Of a stretch of 64,000 bases of DNA, positions 54,615 through 64,000 are shown piece after piece. The notes under the pieces are model-generated. The model did no database searches. It was not told the origin of the DNA and saw only the letters and a program-made list of their open reading frames with translations. Each line of letters opens with the position of its first letter. Positions within the stretch are counted from its first letter, which is position 1. Source of the DNA: an uncultured delta proteobacterium (GTDB lineage: Bacteria; Desulfobacterota; Desulfobacteria; Desulfobacterales; QNYZ01); assembly GCA_963845145.1 (NCBI GenBank), contig CAWJQU010000005.1:1312001-1376000 (forward strand), given 5' to 3'. Both the position numbers and the translations under genes were made by a program.

Positions 54615-55998
54615 ATGGATAATCTAATTAATAAAAGAATTGTTATCCTCGAAGAAGATCATTACCGTATAGATCGTTTAAAAACGGCTGTTGAAGAAAT
54701 GGGCCACCTGGCCTTTGTTTTTGATAAGGAAGCCACTTTTTTTAACAATTTTCGTCCCATAGATGCGGATCTGATCATTTTTCAATCGGCATCGATTGAG
54801 AGAGTATCAAGAATATTGAACACGATCATATTCCTGGACTACCTCAAGCCCATTATAATATTTTCCAACAATTCCGACGCCCAATAATTCCGACCCAAAT
54901 AAATCCGAAATAGACACATTGATTGCATCCACATTGGGTATTCAAGCCCATGTTCTGAGCCCGGATTACCAGGCCTCGGAAATTAAATCGAAAATTACCG
55001 CCCTTTTACATGAACCGGTTGCGCCAATACCCGAAGGTTCCTTCCCGATTATTGTCGGAAACACGCCGGAGATCATTGGTTTGCGAAAAACGATAGCCGG
55101 ACTGGCCTTAAATAATGATTCGGTTCTGATCCAAGGGGAAAAAGGAACCGGCAAAGAATTGTTGGCAAAAGGTATCCATTTTGCCTCAACCAAAAGCGAC
55201 CATTCTTTCGTAAAAACCAATCTATCCCAGCAGCTATTTGAGTCCAATCAAGATGATTCGAAAAAGTTTCCCATTGAAATAAAAAAAATAATTCCAAGCT
55301 TGGGGAGTGCAATCGAAACAAGTAAGGGTGGCGCCACAATATTTTTTGAAGACATCGACACCATTCCCATATCTTTTCAAGGGGTGCTGTTACAATGTTT
55401 TGAGGGTGATCTGCCGGCGAATGTCCGGGTAATCGCTTCGAGTAATTCTAAGATCGACCCACTTGTAACCAAGGGAACCTTCAGAAAGGACCTCTATTTT
55501 CGCTTGAATGTGATTAAAATGGATATCCCCCCGCTTCGAGAAAGAAAAATGGATATTCCGCTATTAACCGACTTTTTCATCAATAAGTATTGTATCGAAT
55601 CCGGCATTTGCCATCTTCAAATTTCACCCAGGGTCAAAAAGGCGCTAACCGAATATCACTGGCCCACTAATGTAGAAGAGTTGGAAACGTTCATCGCTTC
55701 AAAAAACCTCATCAATAGTGAAGAGCTGATATTAAATCAAATCTATGCACTGGCTGCGGAAAACAGGACCCGTATTCATGATATACAGGGTGTCGGTTCT
55801 TTTACGACAGGCATGAATAAGGGAAAGGACAGGGTTTCATTAAAAGAGATTTCCAAACGATTTTCCAGTCGCATTGAAACGGAAATTTTAAAACTGGTGC
55901 TCGAGAAAACCAATTGGAATCGGAAACAGGCGGCGGAAACGCTTGCGATCAGTTATAAGTCGCTGTTGAATAAGATCAAAGCCTATAATTTGAATTAA
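54615..55998 (+). CDS. atypical sigma54-activator-like regulator (degenerate REC, no GAFTGA; +1 frameshift near 54883)
   Basis: GEKGTGKE, FRKDLYFRLNV, WPTNV.EL, Fis HTH; removing one C joins ORFs 54615 and 54919. Confidence 0.8.
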
Positions 55999-56221
55999 AA
56001 ACAAGTGTTTATGTATAAAGATGCTAAAAATAAGGACAACGGAAGGCTCCATTTTTTTTAATCAGGCTCTGCTATTTAAGCAAGTCTGATCTATAAGTAA
56101 GTTTAACCAGATGGTTCGATGATACATCATTCATCGCTCAATATGCACAAAAAACTTGAATTGATTCATAGCTGGAGCATGTAATCCACAGAGCGGAGCT
56201 ATATCTAAAACCCGAGGCACC

Positions 56222-57209
56222 ATGTACTTATCCTTTTATGAGTTAGATAAAAAACCATTTGAGATCACAACGGATCCTGAGTTCCTGTGGCTTAGTGAGA
56301 AACACAAAGAGTCCCTGGCCATTTTGCAATACGGCATCATGGAAAACAAAGGGTGCCTTTTATTGACCGGCGATGTGGGTACCGGGAAGACGACCCTGAT
56401 CCATGCCCTGGGAAAGATATTAGGGGACGATGTGGTCATGGCCACGATATATGACCCCTGCATGGAGATCGTCGATTTTTTCAACCATTTGGCCGAAGCC
56501 TTCAAGATGAATATGCGGTTTGATTCTAAAGGCTCGTTTATAAAGCATTTTAACAACTTTTTGAACACCAACTTTGTCCAAAACAAAAAGACCCTCCTGG
56601 TGATTGATGAAGCCCAACGAGCGACACCGGAGATCTTGGAAGAGTTGCGCCATCTTTCTAACATGGAGAAGCATTATACCAAATTGCTTAACATTTTCTT
56701 CGTCGGACAAAACGAATTTATCGGCATGATAAAGGGGACGGAATTTCGAGCCCTACGTCAAAGAATTATCCTCAATTATCACATGGGGGCCTTTACGCTT
56801 AAAGAAACCGGCGAATATATCCGAGCATCGTCTTCAAGTGGCCGGTGCTAAAAAGGTTCTTTTTAACGACGAGGCGGTTACCTCTATCCATAAATTTTCT
56901 AGTGGATATCCCCGGCTCATCAATATCGTTTGCGATCTGGCCCTGGTTAATGGTTTTGTTGACGAGGCCAAAATCATCAAACCAAAAATAATTAATGATT
57001 GTGCGGAAAATCTGAAGATTCACAATAATTTTAACCCTGACAATAGAGCCGAAAATCAACAAATCGAACAAAGCGTTAGCAGCATTAAGAAAAGCCCCGT
57101 TGAACAGGATACACGCCATGACAAAAGGTCAGGCAAATGGGTCTTCGCTTTTTTTGGTGCAACGGTGCTCTTGTTAGCTGCGACCGGATATATCTATTAC
57201 TGGGGATAA
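56222..57209 (+). CDS. ExeA-like AAA ATPase, PEP-CTERM/EPS-associated (frameshift near 56825)
   Basis: MYLSFY.L..KPF, GDVGTGKT, IDEAQ, GYPRLIN..CD. Confidence 0.88.
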
Positions 57210-57314
57210 GGCCATGAAAAATTAGAGTTCAAAGTGCCGCAAATCTCTCATGATGAGAAAGTACATATTGTACACCGCAATCAAAACAAAGAAATACGAT
57301 GACGTAAAAAACTC

Positions 57315-57394
57315 ACCGCTGAGCACGCAGAGTGCGCAAAGAAATGATAACGTTAAAGGTTCATGCCCCCTGCGATCTCCGCGAACTCCGCGGT
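57315..57394. repeat. inverted element of 3 x 9-nt units per arm
   Basis: ACCGCTGAG CACGCAGAG TGCGCAAAG ... CCCTGCGAT CTCCGCGAA CTCCGCGGT. Confidence 0.7.
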
Positions 57395-57422
57395 TTAATA
57401 TTTAAGCACTAAGGTTAATATC

Positions 57423-59028
57423 ATGCCAAACAAACCTATAAATCTAACCCCTGATTATATAATCGATATCGCCCTTCGAAGACGCTGGTACCTTATAATT
57501 CCCTTTTGTCTTTGTATGATGGCGGGAATTTTTTATGCATTTTCGGCACCGAAAATTTATGAAGCATCTACATTGATTTTAATCGAGCCACAAAGGGTCC
57601 CGGAAAATTATGTTCAATCGATTGTTACACTCGATCCGAGCGCGAAGGATCAGCACGATCTCAGAACAGGTAAACAGCCGAACCAATATTGAACGAATAA
57701 TTCAATGAATTTCAATCTGTTATCAGGTGCTGAATACGAGAAAATGTTTATGGAAGATAAAATAGAGACAATTAAGAAAGCAAATTTCTGTTAAATGTAA
57801 CCGAGCACGGGCAGAAGAGGGAAAGTGATAGCTCATTTTCAATATCTTTTCGCGGAAAAGACCCCCAAAAAACAATGAAAATTGCAAACACGCTTGGCAT
57901 CATATTCTCATCGATGAAAATTTAAAAACCAGAGAATCTCAGGCAGTTGGGACCAGCGAATTTTTAAATGATGAGCTCAATTCAATGCGAGCCCGCTTAG
58001 TCGAGGTTGAGGGAACCCTTGAAACCTTTCGCAAACAATACATGGGGGAATTACCTGAGCAGCTTGGATTCCAATCTTGCCATATTAGAACGGCTTCAAA
58101 CCGCAACTTAGCGATCGATTGCAAAGCGTTAGGGAAGAAAGAAACCGATTGTCAGTTGTCGATCAAGTGATCGCTACGCCGGCGCCGGTTACTCAGACAA
58201 CCGTGCAGGGGCAACCTTCGGTGGGAGAGTCATCAGACATAGATGTTTTAAAAGAACAGCTATCACTACTCTCAAGCAAGTATACGGAAAAACATCCCGA
58301 TGTTGTTAAAGTAAAAAAACTGATTGCAGCGCTTGAAAGAAAACAGGCTTCTGTAGCAGAAGCAAGAAATAATATGACTTCATCGCGAGGAATCAGAGAT
58401 TCCATCACGGTCGAACGTGAGAAACGAAAATTACCGTCAGCGACATGAAGCGCGATTGGCCATCAATCGTTTGGAAACGGAAATTGGTGAATTGCGGAGC
58501 CAAATATCATATTACCAGAATCGCGTCGAGGCTACGCCTAAAAGGGAGCAGGAGCTGGCATCTTTGCAGCGTGATTACGAGAATATTCAAACCGCTTATA
58601 ACTCTTTGCTGGAAAGAAAGTTAGAGGCCGATATAGCGGTCAATATGGAAAGAAAACAAAAGGGCGAACAATTCCAGATTCTTGACTCAGCGGCACTCCC
58701 CCAACGGCCGGTGGAGCCGGATATGCAAAAGCTTTTTCTGATGTTTTTAGCCGCTGGCCTCGGAATCGGTGGTGGGATTGTCTTTCTTCTTGAGTATCTA
58801 GATACCTCTTTTCGAAGACCCGAAGATATAGAATCTTTAGGGGTGAGTATGCTTGCGACGATTCCCGTTATAACCGGTCGTAAAGAGATTTTTTTGCAAA
58901 GGTCTAATCTCATATTAAGCGCGTTTTCGGTTTTTATCTCATTTATTCTATTAGCGGGTTTTACTTTGTTAACGTTCAAAGGCGAAGATACCGTTATCAA
59001 ATTAGTCAGTAAATTTATTCAAATATAG
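57423..59028 (+). CDS. polysaccharide chain-length determinant (Wzz/GumC-like), several frameshifts
   Basis: N-terminal TM + PKIYEAST, KYTEKHPDV, GEQFQILDSAALP..P, C-terminal TM, spread over four or more ORFs. Confidence 0.85.
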
Positions 59029-59055
59029 ACAAATACCTGAAAAGGGGGAAACCCA

Positions 59056-59881
59056 TTGGGTAAAATATCCGACGCGATTGAAAAAGCACAGCAATCGCCC
59101 ATAGATAGACTATATGATCCTAACCAGGCTCAGTTAAAATCAGTGGAAGACCCTTCCGCTAAGACGGCGGCCAACCCTTTTCCAATGTCGTTAAATTCCT
59201 TGAATGGTCATCTTGATCATAATCTTATTGCCTATTTTAAGCCAGAATCGATTGAGGCGGAACAATTTCGAAAACTAGCCGCGAATGTTCTTTTTCATAG
59301 TACTGAGAATGCCACCCGATGCTTGTTGGTTACCAGTGCTAATGAGGGCGAAGGCAAGTCATTTCTTACGGCCAATCTGGCCGTTAGCCTGGCAAAAAGC
59401 CTTGAGGAACCGGTTTTATTAGTGGACTGCGATTTGCGAAGACCCCGACAGCACACGATGTTTGGGTTTGGAACGGTTTCGGGATTGAGCGACCATTTTA
59501 TTAAAGATATGGATATTTCCGCTCTAATTCAAAAAACATCCATTGAGAATTTAAGCCTTCTTGCCGGCTGGAAGCAAATCGTTTCATTCTGCTGAGCTGC
59601 TGTCCTCCAAGCGGATGGCTCAGTTTTTGAAAACGCTAAAAGATAATCATAAAAACCAGATTATCTTAATTGATTCACCGCCACCCTTGTCAACCGCTGA
59701 GCCGGCAGCCATTGCCAGACAGGTGGATGGTGTCATTTTGGTTGTAAAATGTGAAAAAACGCCTCGGTCCATGGTAGAAAATTTAATTAAAACCATTGGG
59801 AAGGAAAAAATTATGGGCGTTGTTCTTAACCGCTTCAACAAACGTTTTCAAAAGTATTATCGATATGGCGTCTATCAATAG
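59056..59881 (+). CDS. polysaccharide biosynthesis tyrosine autokinase (CpsD/CapB-like; frameshift near 59570)
   Basis: GEGKS, VDCDLRRP, IDSPP, Tyr-rich C-terminus. Confidence 0.9.
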
Positions 59882-59889
59882 GTAATTCA

Positions 59890-61287
59890 ATGATGTTAAG
59901 AATATTACAGCAATACTACCCTATTCGAAATGTCGTTTTTTTGCTGGGTGAAGGATTGACCATTTACTTCTCGGTTATCATTGCCACCTGGTTGGTTACC
60001 GGCAATGTCATGTCAACGCAGATTATCTTTAACCGTAAGGCTGTTTTAATCACACTGATCTGCCTGATCTGTCTCTACTACAATGACCTTTATGATTTGC
60101 AGATTACCAACAATCTATCTGAACTCATGATTCGTCTGCTCCAGTCATTGGGGGTCTCCTCAATTTTTCTTGCAGGTATTTTTTACGTTTATCCGGGAAC
60201 GATCGTTAGTCCGCGAGCTTATATTTTCAGTATTGTTTTCGTCGTTTTATTTGTGTTTGCCTGGCGAATAACGTACCATTTTATTTTAGAAAACGGGATC
60301 TTCAGCCAAAAAATCGCATTGATGGGTTCCGGCGATTTGGCAAAAACAATATACCAGGAAATAAGCCAAAAAAAAGATTGCGGGTATGATCTCAAGTTAC
60401 ACATATTAGAGCCTGGCCCGGAACAAGATATCGGTGAAATTAAAGGAATTGAAAATATCCATTTGCACGATGGGCAAAACCTAAATGCAAATATTGCAAA
60501 ATTAAATATAAAAAAAGTAATCGTTGCCCTAAAGGAAAAGAGGAATAATTTTCCCTTAAAAGATTTGTTGGATTGCCGAGTTTCCGGTGTCGATGTCATC
60601 GATGGTAATAGTTTTTATGAAACATTGACCGGTAAGCTTTCCGTTGAGCAGATTAATCCAGGCTGGTTGATTTATTCTGATGGATTTAAGCATTCATTCG
60701 CAAAACGGGTGTTAAAGCGGCTATTAGATATCGCCGTTTCTTTAGTCATGCTAATATTGTTGATGCCGCTCATCGTTTTACTTATGATCATTATAAAAAT
60801 TGATTCCAGGGGGGCCACGATTTTTTCCCAGGAGCGCGTCGGTGGGAAACGAAGGCCCTACAAAATCTATAAATTTCGATCAATGATTGACAATGCCGAA
60901 AAGCAAAGCGGGCCAAAATGGGCGGAAGATAGTGATCCGCGCGTGACGCGTGTGGGGACATTTATTCGTAAATGGCGATTGGATGAACTCCCCCAACTCT
61001 GGAATGTGCTGAAGGGGGATATGAGTTTTGTCGGTCCCAGACCTGAGCGCGCGTTTTTTATTAACGAGTTGGAAAAAAAAATACCCTATTATGGAAAGCG
61101 TTTCACCGTAAAACCGGGCTTAACCGGCTGGGCGCAGGTGAGCTATGGATATGGTTCTTCTGTGGAAGATGCCATCGAAAAGTTAAACTACGAACTTTTT
61201 TATATCAAAAATATGTCCATTTTGTTGGATCTTATAATCATATTGCGAACCGTGAAGACGGTGTTATTTGGCAGGGGTGCCCGGTAA
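59890..61287 (+). CDS. priming sugar transferase (PEP-CTERM-system-associated type)
   Basis: [35 protein letters not shown]. Confidence 0.95.
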   Translation: MMLRILQQYYPIRNVVFLLGEGLTIYFSVIIATWLVTGNVMSTQIIFNRKAVLITLICLICLYYNDLYDLQITNNLSELMIRLLQSLGVSSIFLAGIFYVYPGTIVSPRAYIFSIVFVVLFVFAWRITYHFILENGIFSQKIALMGSGDLAKTIYQEISQKKDCGYDLKLHILEPGPEQDIGEIKGIENIHLHDGQNLNANIAKLNIKKVIVALKEKRNNFPLKDLLDCRVSGVDVIDGNSFYETLTGKLSVEQINPGWLIYSDGFKHSFAKRVLKRLLDIAVSLVMLILLMPLIVLLMIIIKIDSRGATIFSQERVGGKRRPYKIYKFRSMIDNAEKQSGPKWAEDSDPRVTRVGTFIRKWRLDELPQLWNVLKGDMSFVGPRPERAFFINELEKKIPYYGKRFTVKPGLTGWAQVSYGYGSSVEDAIEKLNYELFYIKNMSILLDLIIILRTVKTVLFGRGAR

Positions 61288-61361
61288 GACCTTTTCTTGA
61301 ATTGCCTGCCCCAAATTTTGAACCAAGTCATAAAAATTAAATGCGCCGTGGAGGAAGAATC

Positions 61362-61943
61362 ATGAAAGGAAAACATTTTTTAATTCTTTTCAGCCTATCA
61401 TTAATCATTTCTTTGATCATCCCCCAAATATCTGTAAGCCAGGAAAAAATAGCGAGAACGCCATATAAAATCGGTCCCGGAAATGTGTTAGAGATTCTCA
61501 CTTGGAAAGAACCGGATTTCTCAAGAGAAGAAGTTTTGGTTCGAAATGATGGGATGCTCACCTTTCCCTTATTAAACGATATTGAGGCTGCCGGTCGTAC
61601 GACGATGGACTTGAAAATAGAAATCGAAGAAAAATTGAAAGATTATGTTAGCAATCCTGTTGTTACGGTGACGGTTCGCACGCTAACCGTTAAAAAATTT
61701 TATATTCTTGGTGAGGTGGTCAATACCGGCGAATATGATCTAAACAAAGAACTGACCGTTTTACAGGCGTTTGCATTGGCTGGAGGATTTACCGAATGGG
61801 CCTCAAAAAAGGAGATTATCCTTTTGCGTAAAGAAAAAGGCGAAGAAAAAATTATTCGGGTAAATTATAAAAATATTGTTAAAGGTAGAGACTTCAGTGA
61901 AAATATTAAGCTAATAGCCGATGATACTGTCATCGTTCCGTAG
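61362..61943 (+). CDS. polysaccharide export protein (Wza-like, Poly_export + SLBB)
   Basis: YKIGPG, DGMLTFPL, GEV...G, LAGGFT. Confidence 0.92.
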   Translation: MKGKHFLILFSLSLIISLIIPQISVSQEKIARTPYKIGPGNVLEILTWKEPDFSREEVLVRNDGMLTFPLLNDIEAAGRTTMDLKIEIEEKLKDYVSNPVVTVTVRTLTVKKFYILGEVVNTGEYDLNKELTVLQAFALAGGFTEWASKKEIILLRKEKGEEKIIRVNYKNIVKGRDFSENIKLIADDTVIVP

Positions 61944-61946
61944 TTT

Positions 61947-62001
61947 GTTGGGTTTGTTGAGTTTATTGGATTTATTGGGTTCGTTGGGTTTTGTTGGGTT
62001 G
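61947..62001 (+). repeat. tandem array A, 6 x 9 nt RTTGRGTTT
   Basis: gttgggttt gttgagttt attggattt attgggttc gttgggttt (t) gttgggttg. Confidence 0.9.
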
Positions 62002-62078
62002 TTCGTCCTGCCGGACGGGCGCCTGAACGCTTAAGATGGTGAATTTATTTTTCCACGAACCCCAAAGCGGGAGGAAAA

Positions 62079-63425
62079 ATGAAAATGAAAATCAGTTGTG
62101 CAACAGCATTTTGTATGTTCTTTTTTGTTTCCACCCTCGCCTATGGTTACCAGATCTCTTTTACACCTGGCATAACCATTTCTGAAGAGTATAACGATAA
62201 TATATTTCTAACGCCTGATAATGAGGAAGAAGATTATATTACACTTGTGGCGCCGACATTTGATTTTGAAATAAACCAGCGGGGAAATGGGTTGTCGTTG
62301 GTCTATAGCCCAGGCTACAGCCTATATGCCAACAACTCGGAATTTAACTCCTGGCGACATGATGCCCTCTTAAGTGCCTGGTTTGAGGTCACGAGAAATA
62401 CGAGAGTTGAATTTGAAAATGCGTATCTGTTTACCGAAGATCCGTTATCGGCTGAGGATGTCTTAAGTCCAATAACGGATGACCCCCTGATTCAAGATGA
62501 CCCAACCATTCGCCGGGGGCGTGAACCCTATTACACCAATACTGCCACAGCCAGAATGATCCACCAGTTTGGGGCGTCTGATTCCTTTTTTATTGGATAC
62601 AGTTACAATGTTTTGAGGAACGATGACCCGGAGGTGGATGATGTGACCAGACATATCCCGTCCATGGGCATCACCTATTGGTTTCTGCCAAGATGGGGAG
62701 TTGAGCTGGAGGGTTCTTTCACAGATACGGAGCTGGAAGATTCCGATGATTTTGATGAATGGCATGGCAGCATCATCCAAAGATATCGTTTCAGCCGGCA
62801 TTTAGACTTTTTCGTTCAATATGAGCATACTTCGGTGGAATATAGTGAAAATTTAGAAGAAGACAGCATAGACTACCAGGTCTATGAGCCTTCATTGGGA
62901 CTGGACTATACTTTACCGGAGAATTTCCTTTTTTCTCTAAGGGTGGGATACTTCAAAGAGGATCGTGATACCGGTGAAGATGGCTCAGGTCCTTCCGGCG
63001 ATATTACTCTGACGAAAACCTTAAGAAATGGATCGATATCTGTTGCCGGGAGCGCCGGTCAGGAAAATACCGTTCTTAGCGCGGAGAACCTTGGCTTTAC
63101 CGAATTTTACGAAATTGGCGGCAGTGCAGAATATAATTTACTAAGAAATGTTGTTGGCGATATTTCAGCGAGTTTTAGAAATGCTGTCTCTGAAGAAGTG
63201 GAAACGGATCGAGAAGATGATATCATCACCGCTGGTATAGGTTTGACTTATGAAGCAACCAACTGGCTCGCAACCCGTCTCGAATATCGATATCGCTCAC
63301 TTGAATCGACACTTCCAGAAGATGAATACACGGAAAACCGTGTTCTTTTTAATGTTACGTTTACCAAGCCAAGACCTTATCAGTGGAGCAAAGTAAGGGT
63401 TATGGGGTATCATTGGGTTTGTTGA
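62079..63425 (+). CDS. outer-membrane beta-barrel protein, EPS export-associated
   Basis: Signal peptide, EEYNDNIF, alternating beta strands, YTENR near the C-terminus. Confidence 0.85.
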   Translation: MKMKISCATAFCMFFFVSTLAYGYQISFTPGITISEEYNDNIFLTPDNEEEDYITLVAPTFDFEINQRGNGLSLVYSPGYSLYANNSEFNSWRHDALLSAWFEVTRNTRVEFENAYLFTEDPLSAEDVLSPITDDPLIQDDPTIRRGREPYYTNTATARMIHQFGASDSFFIGYSYNVLRNDDPEVDDVTRHIPSMGITYWFLPRWGVELEGSFTDTELEDSDDFDEWHGSIIQRYRFSRHLDFFVQYEHTSVEYSENLEEDSIDYQVYEPSLGLDYTLPENFLFSLRVGYFKEDRDTGEDGSGPSGDITLTKTLRNGSISVAGSAGQENTVLSAENLGFTEFYEIGGSAEYNLLRNVVGDISASFRNAVSEEVETDREDDIITAGIGLTYEATNWLATRLEYRYRSLESTLPEDEYTENRVLFNVTFTKPRPYQWSKVRVMGYHWVC

Positions 63426-63464
63426 GTTTATGGAGTTTATTGAGTTCATTGAGTTTTTGGGTTG
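63412..63464 (+). repeat. tandem array B, 6 x 9 nt RTTGRGTTT
   Basis: attgggttt gttgagttt atggagttt attgagttc attgagttt ttgggttg. Confidence 0.9.
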
Positions 63465-63485
63465 ATAGGAGACTCCTGAATTAGT

Positions 63486-63866
63486 ATGAAGATTCGGCGT
63501 TTTGAAGAAATAGAGGCTTGGAAGGAAGCCCGGACGTTGGTAAAGTTTGTGTATGATTCAATAAACGCCAACAATGAGTTCAAAAAAGATTTTCGCTTAG
63601 CGAATCAAATACAAGGTGCCGCTGTTTCAGTTATGTCCAACATTGCTGAAGGATTTACTCGAAGAAGCAATAAAGAGTTTGCCCAGTTTCTATTCATATC
63701 AAAAAGCTCTGCTGCGGAAGTACAAAGCCAATTATATGTTGCACTCGACCAAAAGTATATCTCAAAAATTGATTTTGATAGAATTTATGATCAAGCCGAG
63801 AAAGTAGCCAAAATGACATCAGGATTCATAAAGTACCTTCGCTCCCAACCCAACAAACCCAAGTAA
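63486..63866 (+). CDS. four helix bundle protein (23S rRNA IVP / Avd-like family)
   Basis: FEEIEAW, QI.GAAVSVMSNIAEGF.R, F..FL..SK.S..E. Confidence 0.93.
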   Translation: MKIRRFEEIEAWKEARTLVKFVYDSINANNEFKKDFRLANQIQGAAVSVMSNIAEGFTRRSNKEFAQFLFISKSSAAEVQSQLYVALDQKYISKIDFDRIYDQAEKVAKMTSGFIKYLRSQPNKPK

Positions 63867-63948
63867 CTCAAGCAAGAATCACCCAACAAACTCAATAAAC
63901 TCAATAAACCGGCAACCCAACTAACCCAACAAACCCAATAAACCCCAT
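63846..63948 (-). repeat. tandem array C, about 10 x 9 nt, inverse orientation (AAACYCAAY on +)
   Basis: caacccaac aaacccaag taactcaag ... aaactcaat aaactcaat ... caacccaac taacccaac aaacccaat aaaccccat. Confidence 0.9.
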
Positions 63949-64000
63949 GTGCGGCATCGCCGGAATAATAAACTTTAATAAGCCCGAAGACATGCAAGCA

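Noticed and set aside
63486..63866. Diversity-generating retroelement (Avd homolog)
   Set aside because: No reverse transcriptase or TR/VR pair in the window; sequence beyond the right edge cannot be seen.

Overview
Bacterial chromosomal fragment. Gene content and order suggest a deltaproteobacterium (Desulfobacterota-like; inference). (1) 1-12.5 kb is an AT-richer accessory run: the 3' end of an IS200/IS605 tnpA, then about 15 co-oriented small genes (GNATs, aminotransferase, AAA+ ATPase, hydrolases, O-methyltransferase, cupin, AraC, SDR, MFS, DUF302) with REP-like and possible attC-remnant palindromes. (2) 12.8-25.7 kb is a lipid/envelope block: two CDP-lipid enzymes converging on an MMPL + LolA-like + OM barrel trio, and a second MMPL flanked by MlaC and MlaA. 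(3) 25.8-44.3 kb is the core translation cluster on the minus strand (infC with an ATA start, rpmI, rplT, pheST, merR-like, tRNA-Gly(CCC), rimP, nusA, infB, rbfA, truB, rpsO, pnp, dut), with no thrS or ihfA at their usual positions. (4) 44.5-56 kb holds a 258-bp MITE, deaminase, HsdR_N-like protein, dGTPase, YkgJ proteins, a hybrid kinase and an unusual pair of sigma54 activators. (5) 56.2-64 kb is the start of a PEP-CTERM-type exopolysaccharide locus. The most striking unexplained structure is a four-helix-bundle (Avd/23S-IVP family) gene bracketed by oppositely oriented arrays of a 9-nt repeat, with a third array after wza and a gene-less 9-nt inverted element further upstream. Many single-base frameshifts, including one in essential pheT, look like sequencing errors.
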